This document shows positions 52,694 through 64,000 of a DNA stretch of 64,000 nucleotides, piece by piece. Under the pieces are notes generated by a model. It ran no database searches and was not told the DNA's origin. It was given only the letters and a program-made list of their open reading frames with translations. The stretch is from assembly GCA_907165135.1 (NCBI GenBank), contig OU015568.1, positions 8,928,001 to 8,992,000 on the forward strand. The letters run 5' to 3'. Source of the stretch: Oikopleura dioica. Lineage: Eukaryota; Animalia; Chordata. Position numbers and translations under genes: made by a program. Position 1 is the first letter of the stretch; every line of letters starts with the position of its first letter.

Positions 52694-53534
52694 ATGGAAG
52701 GGCTCGTCCCGGCCGAATTGAGAAGAGAAAGTGATAATGAGCAAATTAGAGAAGAAAAATTAATTGAAATTATTCAACAATTGCGGTTGAAGAAGATTGT
52801 TGATGTTCAGCTGGAAATTTTGCCTTCAGGTTTGATTTTTATTCATTCGACTTTCGAACTTTAGCATACTTTAACAAATAAATCTCCATTTCGCTCAACA
52901 AATGTCCTGAATCTCATTTCTAGCTCAAGAACCAGTCCAATTCTATTCCGAAAATGGCCAGAACTTCATTGGCATCACCAAATCTGCTCTCCGAAAGCTC
53001 CTCCGTCACCACCTTCCCTCAAATTCCTGGCTAGAAGCGATTTTTCTCCCTCAATCTGAACGATTTTGGCGCCGTCTTCGAAAAGCCCCCAATTCTGACA
53101 CTTCCTGGCAACTGCTCATTTCCCGTCTGGCTCTAGAAGTTCTTCCCAAAGCTCTTGAACCCTTCGCTCATCGCCGCTTTCTCCTAAAAAAGCAGCCACT
53201 GACGGAAAAGCTCGTCAAATCAGAATGGGACTTGGTGTACCGCTGCGCCGACCTTCACCGAGCTAACTATCACGCCTGGGAGCATGGTCGCTGGTTGCAT
53301 AATAAACGTCCACTTTTGTTTGATTTCGAGCTATTTGCCAAAGCATTCCGGACGCATATTACAGACTGTTCTATTGGCTCCTTTTGCATCTTCCTCATCA
53401 TTCAAAATGATCACGTGGGGGAGCTTCTAGAGCTCGCAGAAGCGCTCCTTCCCATCTATCCTGAAAACAGAAATTTACGGAAGATCTTGGAATTCGAAAA
53501 TCATCCAATCAGAAATCGGAACGCCCCAAAGTGA
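52694..53534 (+). CDS. PTAR1: Protein prenyltransferase alpha-subunit repeat protein (PTAR1-like; first exons tentative)
   Basis: PFTA-like repeats: LPKALEPFAHRRFLL, SEWDLVYRCADLHRANYHAWEH, FRTHITDCS. Confidence 0.65.
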
Positions 53535-53639
53535 TTTTGTCTCTCGCAAAATCCATCGAATAAGTAAACAAGAAGTAATCCTACACCCGGCTCTGGTTTT
53601 CGCCAGTTCCACTGCTTCAAAACCGCGATAGAAGAGAAA

Positions 53640-56052
53640 ATGAGATACGTCGTCGCCCTGGATGTTGGAACCAGAGTTGGTAAAAAAGTATACTTCTCCT
53701 CGCCCTTCAAAAATCTGCAGGGCGCCCTTCATTCTTGAAGGGCGGTGAAGTGTACTTCACGCGCCCTTCAAAGCCCTGAAGTATACTTTAGCTATCGGTT
53801 CATCTTCAACAATCAGCGTGATTTAAATCATGGCGCCTGAGAGCCAATAAGCGCAAAATTTGAAAACATTCTGGCGGATGGATTCTGATGGCCGACAGAA
53901 CCAAGTTAAAGTAGAGTGAAGGGCGGAAGGGCGGCTGAAGTAGAGGAAGGGCGGAAGTACACTTCACGCCCTTCAACGCCCTGCAACGCCCTGAAGTATA
54001 CTTCATGAAGTATACTTCATTCTGAAGGGCGAGTGAAGTATACTTTTTTACCAACTCTGGTTGGAACAACTTCAGTGCGCTCGGTCGTCTATGACAGCGA
54101 CGGCAAAAAGCACGCTTCCTTCACCGACAAAGTCATTGTCCTTGTGCCGGAACCAGGAGCGTCGGAAATCGACCCAGAGCAGCTCTGGAACGCGATAAGA
54201 AATGTGATCAAAAGTGCTGTTGATTGGGCAAAAGAGCAGAAAATCAAGCTCGAAGGAATCGGAATGTCGCTGCAAAGAAACACGGGAACTTTTTGGGATC
54301 GAGAAAGTTTTAAACTTTGCCACAACTTCATTACATGGCAGGATGTACGGTGCAAAAGGATTGTCGACAGCATCAATTCTTCATACAGGTAAAGCTTCAT
54401 TATTCAACGAAATACGCCAGAACTTTGAATTTCGATGATGATAAAATAGAGTTTGGTTTCGCGACCCTTAGCAGAACAAAAATGTTGATCAGCTCTTGGC
54501 TGTCTGAGAAAATCTTGATCGAAAATTATATTTTTCAACGGTTTATTTACCCTCTCATGAATATATTTCCTTAGGTTGATGATGTTAAACAAATCTTCAT
54601 CCCTTCTTCACTTCTTTGCCAAGCCGTTTACGAGGAGATTCCTCGCTGGCGCTGTGGTCAAAACAAAGACAGGAATGACGGTACCTCGCTTGCTATGGCT
54701 CAGAGAGAAGCTGGGCATCAAGAAGGAAACGGAACAAGGCAGGATCGTTTGGGTAAGATCTCTACGTTCTTCTTTAGCCATTTAATCTTCTCTAGGGCTG
54801 TCTCGATTCATGGATCATTCGAAAAATGAACGCTGGCAACCTAAACGAGCACATTTCTGAAATCACTAATTCAACTGGCTCCGGTGTCTACGACCCCTTC
54901 ACCATCGGCTGGTCCCCAATCGTACTCGCTGTGATGGGCATTTCGGTCAATTGCCTTCCCCGCGTCGTACCGACTTGCGGCTCCCAATTCGGCAGATTCG
55001 AAGAGTTCGGACTTCCGATTCTCGCAATTGCTGGTGACACCAACGCTGCCATGTTCGGTGAAAGAATGATCAGTGTCGGCGATTGCAAGATCACGATGGG
55101 CACTGGCGCTTTCGTCGACCTCAACACCGGCTCTGAACCGTACCCCTCCGTCAAGGGCGCCTACCCGCTCGTCGGCTGGCAGCTCGAAGAAGGCGGTAAC
55201 ATCACCTACCTCGCAGAAGCCGACGACAACGCCTGTGGCGCCGCAGTAGAGTGGGGTGCGCGAAACGGCTTCTATCCTTCGCCAAAAGACTCCGAAGCCG
55301 TCGCCCGCGAGGTCAACCACACGGCAGGAGTTCACTTCATTCCTGCTCTCTGGGGACTGAGCTCGCCGATAAACGATCCAACCGCGAAATGCGCTTTGCT
55401 GGGGCTTGGACCGGACACTTCAAAGCATCACTGCGCCAGGGCGATTTTGAACTCTGTTGCTTTCAGATCTGTTCAGGTAAAAATTCACTCTTCTATCTGG
55501 TTATTTTGGCCCTGATTCGATTCACATTCCGATTTAGTGATGACAAAAAAGAGTTTGGTTTCGCGACCTTTAGCATTAATTTCTTTATGTTGATCAGCTC
55601 TTGGCTGTCTGAAAATCAAAATCTCAGAATTCACTACCCCAAATTTCTTTTTCATTCCCCGTTTTTATTTCTCCTTTTAGCTAGTGGAAACTCTGCACAG
55701 CGAGACTGAAATCGATCTACGCTCACTGACGATCGATGGCGGCGTTTCGAAAAACAACCTGATCTGTGAGAAGATCGCAACTTTGACGAACAAGCAGCTC
55801 CGTCGCCCGGTCGACGTCGAGGCCTCGGCCCGTGGCGCCGCTTACTTCGCCGGAATCAGCTGCGGCATTTGGAAGGAATCGACGCTGCCAGAGCCTGAAT
55901 TGAAGGACACTGTCGAACCGAGCTACAACGAGCGCGACTGGAGCGTCACAGAGTTTAGCCACTGGCAGGGGTCGATCAGAAGAGTCCTCAAATGGCAGCA
56001 ATTAGAGGCGGAAGCCGTTGATGACTGTCTCTCTGTCCATACAACCGATTAG
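53640..56052 (+). CDS. GK5: Glycerol kinase 5 (FGGY family), first coding exon interrupted by MITE
   Basis: ALDVGT|TSVR, EIDPEQLW, HNFITWQDVR, GDTNAAMFG, KITMGTG, TIDGGVSKN, ASARGAAYFAG. Confidence 0.9.
53672..54059. mobile_element. hAT-type MITE (388 bp) in GK5 exon
   Basis: 8-bp TSD GTTGGAAC (53664-53671, 54060-54067); 25-bp perfect TIR CAGAGTTGGTAAAAAAGTATACTTC; GAAGTATACTTC and GCCCTTCA subterminal repeats. Confidence 0.95.
54430..54511 (+). ncRNA. Box C/D snoRNA, SNORD53-like, copy 1
   Basis: Box C ATGATGA 54435, box D CTGA 54504, TTTC/GAAA terminal stem, guides TGGTTTCGC and CTCTTGGCTGT; box D lies 67 nt from the 3' splice site. Confidence 0.85.
55531..55617 (+). ncRNA. Box C/D snoRNA, SNORD53-like, copy 2
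   Basis: Box C GTGATGA 55537, box D CTGA 55609, GATTT/AAATC stem, same guides; box D lies 68 nt from the 3' splice site. Confidence 0.85.
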
Positions 56053-56158
56053 CTCAAAAATTCTTTAATCTTTCTAAAACTTTAAATTTAATTTTAAAAA
56101 TTTATGAATCGACGTTCGCATTTATTCAGATAACTCAAGTCGGTTCAAACTAGCGACC

Positions 56159-56865
56159 ATGGTCAAGTTTATCAAGCCCGGAAAGGTCGTCATCCTCCTC
56201 GCTGGCCGATACGCCGGACGAAAGGCCCTCATTGTCAAACAACAGGACGATGGTAAGAACTTGTTTAGCATCAGTGATATTAATCTGGCAATTTAGGTGT
56301 CCAGGACCGACAATACGGCCACGCCCTCGTCGCCGGTATCGCCCGATACCCACGAAAAGTGACCAAGGACATGGGCAAGAAGCGCATCACCAAGCGATGC
56401 CGAATCAAGCCCTTTGTGAAGGTAGTTTGAGGCACCTTTTTCGAGAATGATCAGCTCTTCCTTAATTCCTGGGTTTCGGGAAATTCAAGCTTGAGTTTGA
56501 ATCGTACAAAAATCGAAAAACTGGGTGAAGTTTGACTCCTTTTTGAAAAAAAGAGGATGACGACTTGTGACCTCGCGGGCGACCGCTACCGACTTTCTTT
56601 CACAAAACTCAACCCTTCTCTTTTCAGGTCGTCAACTACAACCACCTTATGCCCACCCGATACTCCGTCGATGTTCCCCTCAACAAGTCTGTCGTCAACA
56701 AGGAGGGCATCAAGGTAGATTCCCTTTTAAACCCTTCACCTCTTCACCATTCGTTTTTAGGACAAGGCTGGCAAACGAAAGGCCATCGAGTCCGTCAAGC
56801 TCCAGTTCGAGGAACGATACAAGACCGGCAAGAACAAGTGGTTCTTCCAGAAGCTCCGATTCTAA
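56159..56865 (+). CDS. RPL27: 60S ribosomal protein L27 (eL27)
   Basis: [23 protein letters not shown]...[11 protein letters not shown]...[12 protein letters not shown]; 4 exons with GT-AG introns. Confidence 0.98.
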
Positions 56866-57560
56866 AGAGAAACTGCCACAAAAGTTCTTTTGTGTCTTGT
56901 ATAATTCTGTCGCAATAAATTCTGCTCGATAGAGAACTCCGCCCTTCTCATCCTTGAAAATTCCAAGCAAGCTTCAGCTAGAAAAGCCCATCCATTATCC
57001 TCATTCTTTTCCCCGCCAAAGCATCCTCGCTTCCAAAAGATCTCGTTCTACGAATGACACTCTTTCATCCTCCTCTTCTAGGGCATATTCTTTTCAGTAG
57101 CAGCTTCTTTTCCAAACGTGGCCGTCGCCTATTCCAGCTCGCGTTTCTATTTTTTCTTTCGTCCATCGCGACAGAGCTCGGTAGTGAAAGGGCCCTTTTG
57201 CCGGGGCTATTCATCGTGGAAATTGGCTCGTTCCTTCGTTTCTCAAAGCTGATTCGCCTTTGGGCGTTGTTCGTTGGCGCGCGCGCCCTATCGAATCGCG
57301 CCTTTACAGCCCCGCTACCAGACTAATCTACCACACTGCTTGGCGAGTACCACACTCCTCCAGGAGCTGATTGCCCTCCTCCGTCCCCAGCGCGCGGCCA
57401 TCGCTCCACGGCCTATCTCTCCCCGAGTTTCTTTCTGAGTTTTTTTTTCCAGTAAAAGTGACGCTTTCCTACAGTAAATACAGTCGGAAGAAAGAGAAAA
57501 ATTACGAGAAATTGCGAATAAATTATTGGGAAACGAATGGGACGAAAATAATGCGAAAAA

Positions 57561-60489
57561 ATGAGCGTTGGAAGTGACGAAATCAACTATTTGGTATACA
57601 GATATCTACAGGAGTCTGGATACATTCACTCCGCATATGTCTTCAAGGAGGAATCGAATGTCACACAAGCCTGTGTCAAAGGTGGAATTGTCCCTCCAGC
57701 GGCGCTAATAGGAATGGGATCAGAAAATGCCGGTTTCCGCGGCTTTTTTGCGCCGGTTTTCACCCCTGCTTTAGCTGAGAAGATGAAGTAGACCCTTGCC
57801 AACAAATAGGGAACAAGAAGGAAGTAGAAAATTAAGGGTATCGGGGCGAAAAACGAATCTCCCTCACAGACGCATCTTTTTGAAATTTCGATTTTAGTGT
57901 CAGCCAATCACTAGCTCGGATTTTGACTTCGATCGAAAATGAGCATGACGACCATTCCACTCAACGCGTCACTGGTTCTTCTTTCCTCACCGTTTTATTC
58001 TGTAATTTACAGAGCTCTTTTTCGCGTTTTTTCTCGAAGAAATAATTATTTTCGATAAGAAAAACTTCAAAATATTTGGTATTATTTCGTAAATACCTTT
58101 ATTTTCCACTTTAAAAAGCCCTAGCCAACGAAAAACAAGCCAAAGAACAGTGGTTACTGTAGAATTACAGTCGAAAACAAGCGAGTTCAGTCTTGTATAA
58201 TTTTAAAAACAAAAATTCTCCCCTGAGAATTGCGCTCGAACTTTCCAATTGGAACGAACCACTTTTGCGTTTCATCGAATTATCCGTTTTCGCCTCCTTT
58301 TCGCTGAAAAACGGACTGTTCATCCTAATCTCAATTTTTCGGATGATAAAAATTAAAGAGATTTTAGTTTCAACGCATTTTTTTTTTTGAATTTTATATT
58401 CTTAATGTTCAGTAAATTGAAATAATGACATATTATTATCATCGAATGATTCAAAATGACAATAAAAAATGCTTATCTAAATTCGTTACATTATAATTTT
58501 TTTATAAAAATTCTCGTTGCCGCTATTTTTCTATCCCTTTTGAACAGCGTTGTTGATGAAAGGTCTCCAGTATGTCGAGTCGGAAATAATGCTCAACGAA
58601 GACGGAAGCATAATAGAAGGCCGTTCTACAGAAGCACTGTCGCTGATTGACGCTTCCATGCCCGAAATCGTCATGGCAAGGCGGCAAGCGCTGCTCGAGC
58701 TCGTCGCCGAAGAAGAAAAAAAGTATGTCCTCTTCTTTTTTATTCATTGAGAATGAAAAAAGAACAATAAGCACGTGACGTAGCATCTGTCTATGTTGGC
58801 CGCTCAAATACTTAATATTTCTTTTGATGGATGCTACTAATTAGCTTTCTTCTTGAGAATAGTTTCGTCCAGAAATTCTTATTTTGATGATTATTATTTT
58901 TATTCAGAAAATTGGAAGAGCAAAAGTCTTTGGAGCTGAAACGTCAACGTGACGAGTCTTTGACAAGCGGAGGAAACGATTCGATTAAGAAAATCAAGGC
59001 CGAACAAAATGGAAACAACTACAATAGCAACGAGCCGAACAGGCTCCACAACTCGGTGCCAAATGGTGTACGCGCGCCGGCGAATCCTCCGCTGGAGCCG
59101 CTAACGGATGTTCTCATACCGCAGTCCAGGTATTTTCAGTCCCAAAAAACAGCTCTAAATGATTTTAAAGAGTGACGACACTGGCTGGTCACGAAAGCGA
59201 GGTCTTCATCTGTGCCTGGGCGCCCAATTCCGACCTGCTTGCCTCTGGTTCTGGAGATTCGACGGCTAGGATATGGAATTTAACCGTAAGCAGCACTTTG
59301 TCTCCAGAAATCAAGCAATGTTTCAGGACTCGAGTTCTTCCGTTGGCGATTCGATGGTGTTGAGACATACGAGGCGAGTTGATGCACGTGATCCAGCTCC
59401 GACTTTGGCGAACAAAGATGTGACTAGTTTAGATTGGAACAGGTACGTTACTGAAATAAAAATATTCTTCTTCGATCAAAAATAAATATAAATCTTCAAT
59501 TTGATTATATCACCAGATAAGCCCCTTATCTTCATTCGAAAATTCAGTACGGGCACTCAACTAGCGACAGGATCGTACGATGGGTACGCAAGAATATGGT
59601 CCACCGACGGGAAGCTCGTGAGCGACCTTCACGGCCACACGGGGCCAATCTTCGCCCTGAAATGGAATCGAAACGGGAAATACATCCTCTCGGCCGGTGT
59701 GGACAGAACGACGATCATTTGGGACGCGGCGAATGCAGAAGTCAAGCAGCAATTTCCATTTCACGAAGCGCCGGCGCTCGATGTCGATTGGAAGGACGAT
59801 ACGATATTTGCTTCATGCTCCACTGATAAGAAAATTCATGTTTGTCAGATGGGCAGAACGACGCCGGTTATCGTAAGTAATTTGTGAAGCAGCAAATAAG
59901 ATTTCTTTGTTTCTCACCTGAAACCGCCTTTGAACAATACTCTTTGCTTTCAAATCGTAAATTTTTCCTTCAGACATTCACTGGGCACGAGAACGAAGTC
60001 AACGCAATCAAATGGGATCCATCTGGTGAGCTTCTCGCTTCATGCTCAGACGACAAGACCTTGAAACTCTGGAAGACGAACTCGGAGAGGTACATCCACA
60101 ATCTCTGCGCGCATCAAAGTGAAATCTACACTATCAAATGGTCACCGTCAGGCGGCAACTCTCCGCTGCCCAATCAAGATCTCCTCCTCGCTTCAGCCTG
60201 CTTCGATTCCACCGTGCGTCTCTGGGACGTCGATAGCGGCACGTGTCTCCACAGATTAACCAAGCATGAAGAGCCAGTATACTCCGTGAGCTTCAGCCCG
60301 GACGGAAAATTACTCGCGTCTGGCTCCTTCGACAGATGGATTCACATTTGGTCGACGAATTCTGGCGAGTTGGTGCACTCGTATCGTGGCACAGGCGGCT
60401 TCTTCGAGATTTGCTGGAACTCGCGAGGCGATAAATTGGGCGCCAGTGGCTCGGATGGATCCGTCTGCGTGCTAGACTTGAGGAGATGA
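57561..60489 (+). CDS. TBL1X: Transducin beta-like 1 (LisH + WD40 corepressor subunit)
   Basis: [15 protein letters not shown] LisH, PPAALI|[11 protein letters not shown]40 repeats ending [18 protein letters not shown]. Confidence 0.95.
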
Positions 60490-61067
60490 CACTTCCAGTC
60501 AGAAAAAGTGAAATCATAGAGGAGTACCGACACCTGAAACATCAACAAAGGAAAAAAGAAAAGTTCAAAACCGATTTCAGAGGATAAAACGATCGAAACG
60601 TAAATTATCATTACCACCATCATCCAGCTTTAGCAATACAACAATAACTTGTCACTGAAAAAAGAACCATCCCTCTCCCCGCAATTCAATTAAACGAATA
60701 AGATGTAGCTCATTCTCTGTCTCTCTCCCGTCCGCTTCAAGAAAATGAGAAGAAAATTGAATATATAAAGAGAAGCCCACCCATTCATAATCACAACATT
60801 TTACTACTATTCTTAATAGCAACCAATATTTCAAAAATTGTCCAACTTGATTAAGTTTTGTTTTCATTTAATTTTACTTTATACCCTTCTAACTACACTG
60901 CCACATCGCTGCCCTTTATTTCTTTCTTTGAAAACAGGTCTCAAAACTGTGTAAATACTCTTGGAACATGGTCAGGTCCAAGACAGGGTAAAAAACAATG
61001 AAAATAAATATAAAAAATATTAAAGCGTTCGTGTTGTTGCGTTTGTTCAATTGCCTTTTTCTTCAGC

Positions 61068-61474
61068 ATGGAAAGTTTTGCAGTGTTAGGGTCGGATTCA
61101 GAGGATGAAATGACTAATAAACCGGAGTATATTCAAGCATTGCGGGATGTGCAGACTTTTGACGGTAAATTTAAACTGCACTGAGCGAGAAAGAGCATCA
61201 TTTCCGTTATTCAGGAACGATAAGTTTGTCCGTGGCAGATCTTCCTCGCTTTCCTCCCGGACACAAGCCGATTCCCAACCCTCAACAGATACAAACAGCA
61301 ACTCCGTCGCCTAAAAACACTCCGACAATCCAGGCGAGCGAGAGCGGAAACTCTCGAAAGCTCTCGCACGAGAATCAGCCCAACAATCAGCTCAGTACCA
61401 ATCAGCCAAGTCAAATGCCAAAATCTGTCAGTAATAATACGACCCAGCCAGTAGTGCCAACTTCAACTGCATGA
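61068..61474 (+). CDS. Small hypothetical protein (two exons, Pro/Gln/Ser-rich)
   Basis: TTCAG|CATG start, GT-AG intron, open to stop at 61474. Confidence 0.5.
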
Positions 61475-61610
61475 AACAACCAGCCCTTCCGTAGTTTTCC
61501 TTTCTTTCAAACAATTCACCTATCAACTGATCTTGTTCTTTCCATATTCCTGAATTCAAGCTTTCTTTGAAATCCCTTTCTTCATTTTCGCGCTCTAGAA
61601 AGTCAAATGA

Positions 61611-63698
61611 ATGGCTCATAAACTCGTATCTTCTTCCGACTCAGAGGACCCGTTTGATGACGATGATGACATTTTCAATAACTCGGCAGAAATCGCCAAG
61701 CTCGATGCGGCTCTAGCCAAGAGCAAAGCCGAACGAGACGCTCAGACTTTCAAAGCTCCGCCGATACCGAAAGGGGTTCTCAAAAAGCGTGAGAACCAGC
61801 AAACCCGATCGACTTCAGATTCGCGAGATCCGCCAGCGAAAAAACGCAGAATCATCAAGTCCCGTCCAAAACCGCATCCTATCAGCGAAGAAGCACCGAT
61901 CCCTGTCAAAGAACTTGCGTGTACAAAAAAGAAGGCTGAAGAAATCCGATCGTGGCTGATTTCTGCATCAGTTGTAGGAAGCGGAAGCTCGACTCAGAAA
62001 GTATTGCTCGTTTCTGGTCCAAATGGTTGTGGAAAACTAACAGCTATAAAATCGGTCTGCCACGAAGAAAGAATCGATATCCAAGGAATGGCTCAAATAA
62101 AAGTATAACCGACTCCCATTTCGATTCAAATAATAAATTTGAATTACTAAAATGCCCCATTAAGCCATCATAAGAATATGTGTGTGCAGAAGATTCAAGT
62201 ACAGAGGAAGAAAACCTCTTCGACGTCTCCTACGCCGTCTTCCGTGACCCTTCAGCACGCGATTTCATGAGCTTTGTCTACCAAAGAACTCTCTTCCGCA
62301 GTGAAACTCGGAAACAACTGCTCGTCATTAAAGAACTGCCCTATTCGCTCGCAGAGAATCCACTAGAATTTGAGAAAATTGCAATAACGCTTCAAAAGGC
62401 CCACATCCCTACAATCATAATCACAAATACGCCCCGGCTGTATCCAAATTTGCTCGTCACATTCCGCCATGTACAGTTTTTAAAAGTTGCCGCGACGGCT
62501 ATGAAAAAAGTCTTGGGAAAATTCAAGAATTTGAGCACTAAGGACATAAAAGAAATCGTCGATGCAGCGGATGGAGATGTAAGACAGGCACTAAATATGG
62601 TCCATTTTAACTCGAGGTAAAAAAATATTTTGAAAACATGGTTGGCAGTGTCAAACTGACGTGTTAACTGTAAATGACTGTTCTTTTAGACGCGTAGCAG
62701 GAACAAACAAGGTCACTTGTGAGCAGGGCGATTCAAAGCTGCTCCTGTTTCGTGCGCTTGGCCGAATCCTCTACTCAAAAAGATTAGACACCCGGGAGCA
62801 GTCAAAGTTCAGGTAAAAATGTGACAAAAACAAAATTACACCTCGGCTAATCCGCTGTAATCCGCACGACCCCCTTGACCCGGAACAAATTTAGAGCTGG
62901 ATTAAAATTTTAAAATTCTCAAATTTAGAAATTTCTCGCTCGAACCGAGTCTTCAGCGGCGCGAACTACAGTATCCAGAGCCAGAAGCACAGTGCCTCAA
63001 TGCAGGATTCATGCCAAGTAGCTTCTCTGAGTTTTTGCATGAGAATCTGCCCAGATATATTCCAGGGGAGAATATGGAGCAATACAACCACTTTATGGAC
63101 GACTTTTCTTTCGGTAAAAATACTCATGCAAATCTCAAACAAATTAAACATAGCCGATCAGTTTTCTAAATTCATGGGCTACGGTAACGATCATTTGAAA
63201 AACTACGAAGCTGCTGTGTCTTGCCGCAGTCTGAGTTTCTGGAACCCCAATCCAGTCAAACCTTCTGGCTTCGGAACCGGAGCCCTGCATAAACCAGCAG
63301 CGATTGATCACAGAAAAAAAGCGCTAGAAAATCGAGCAAAGCTTTGCTCCCATCGATTAGTCAATTTTGATGGTTCCGTGGCGGATATAGCGGCGGATTC
63401 GCTCCCTGGACTGGCGAAAATCAAACCGCAAGCGCTGAAGACCATGTTTTTGGATGATATGGTTAGGTTTCCAATCAGAGCAGGAGCAAACTACAATAAG
63501 CTTCATGAAAATGATGTTGTAAAGTAATAAGTTCATCTGTAGAGAGCAATTTCACTCATTCAAAATTCTAGTGCGGACGATGAAATGGAAGTTAACGTAA
63601 CTCACGCAGAAAGAATTCAAGCAGCAAAAGAAAAAGAAGAGCGCGAGAAATACGAATGCGACGTTCAAATTGATGATACCGATGACTGGAACTTCTAA
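61611..63698 (+). CDS. RAD17: Checkpoint clamp loader RAD17
   Basis: KKKAEEIRSWL, VLLVSGPNGCGK, DGDVRQALN, LFRALGRILYSKR; stop 63696-63698. Confidence 0.85.
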
Positions 63699-63823
63699 GA
63701 TTCCAAACTACTCATTTTTCATAAAACTACTGAAAAGTTTATTTTTTATTCAAACGATCCAAGCACATTTTTCATTTTTGTCAGCCTGTTGAATAGACAG
63801 TTCAAAATATATAAACATAATCG

Positions 63824-63960
63824 TCAAAGTATTGCTTTTATTCGATTCCGGATGACTGTAAATGCCTCTTTATGTTCCTCCAGAAATTTGGCTGTTCTTT
63901 CTTCTTTGTCAGGTTCATCAGCAGATACTTTCAGCAAAAGAGGGATGATGACAGGAAAGC
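63824..63960 (-). CDS. Terminal exon of an unidentified gene extending beyond the window
   Basis: FPVIIPLLLKVSADEP...IRNRIKAIL-stop after an intron-like AG. Confidence 0.4.
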
Positions 63961-64000
63961 TAAACTTACGAAATTTTATAATGTATATTCTAGAGGATTT

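Noticed and set aside
57626-57907. Antisense membrane-protein ORF in TBL1X intron 1
   Set aside because: It starts at TTG within a CCAAT-like motif, overlaps a TBL1X exon, and has no supporting splice or start context.

Overview
Eukaryotic, gene-dense genomic DNA. It is most likely from the larvacean tunicate Oikopleura (inference from ~35-60 nt introns, homology-supported non-canonical GA-AG/GC-AG introns, and tightly packed co-oriented genes with AG acceptors just before ATG, as in SL trans-spliced operons). About 30 spliced protein-coding genes are present. Recognisable ones are LTA4H, two DHRS12-like SDRs, MRPL52, TRDMT1/DNMT2, TAF9, ODF3, GMF, ITFG2, DNAJB, ARHGAP21/23-like, an RRM protein, a truncated flotillin, a UBR-box protein, SPHK, PON, PLAC8-like, PTAR1, GK5, RPL27, TBL1X and RAD17. 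Six non-autonomous DNA transposons have exact TSDs: four hAT-type (8-bp TSD, CAG...CTG ends) and two Mutator-type (9-bp TSD, GG...CC ends). Two intronic SNORD53-like box C/D snoRNAs are also present. Main points of interest: (1) a tandem-duplicated, probably mutually exclusive 183-nt exon pair encoding the LTA4H active-site pocket; (2) an unannotated small secreted precursor ending in RGRR-FRPRK-CYLTYC-Y, resembling urotensin-II architecture and needing a 1-nt homopolymer correction; (3) three hAT MITEs inserted into coding exons within 6 kb (PLAC8-like twice, GK5 once), one carrying a near-perfect 56-bp double-hairpin tandem array; (4) GK5 hosting duplicate snoRNAs upstream of RPL27. All gene models were built by eye, and all family assignments are recalled similarities, not database results.
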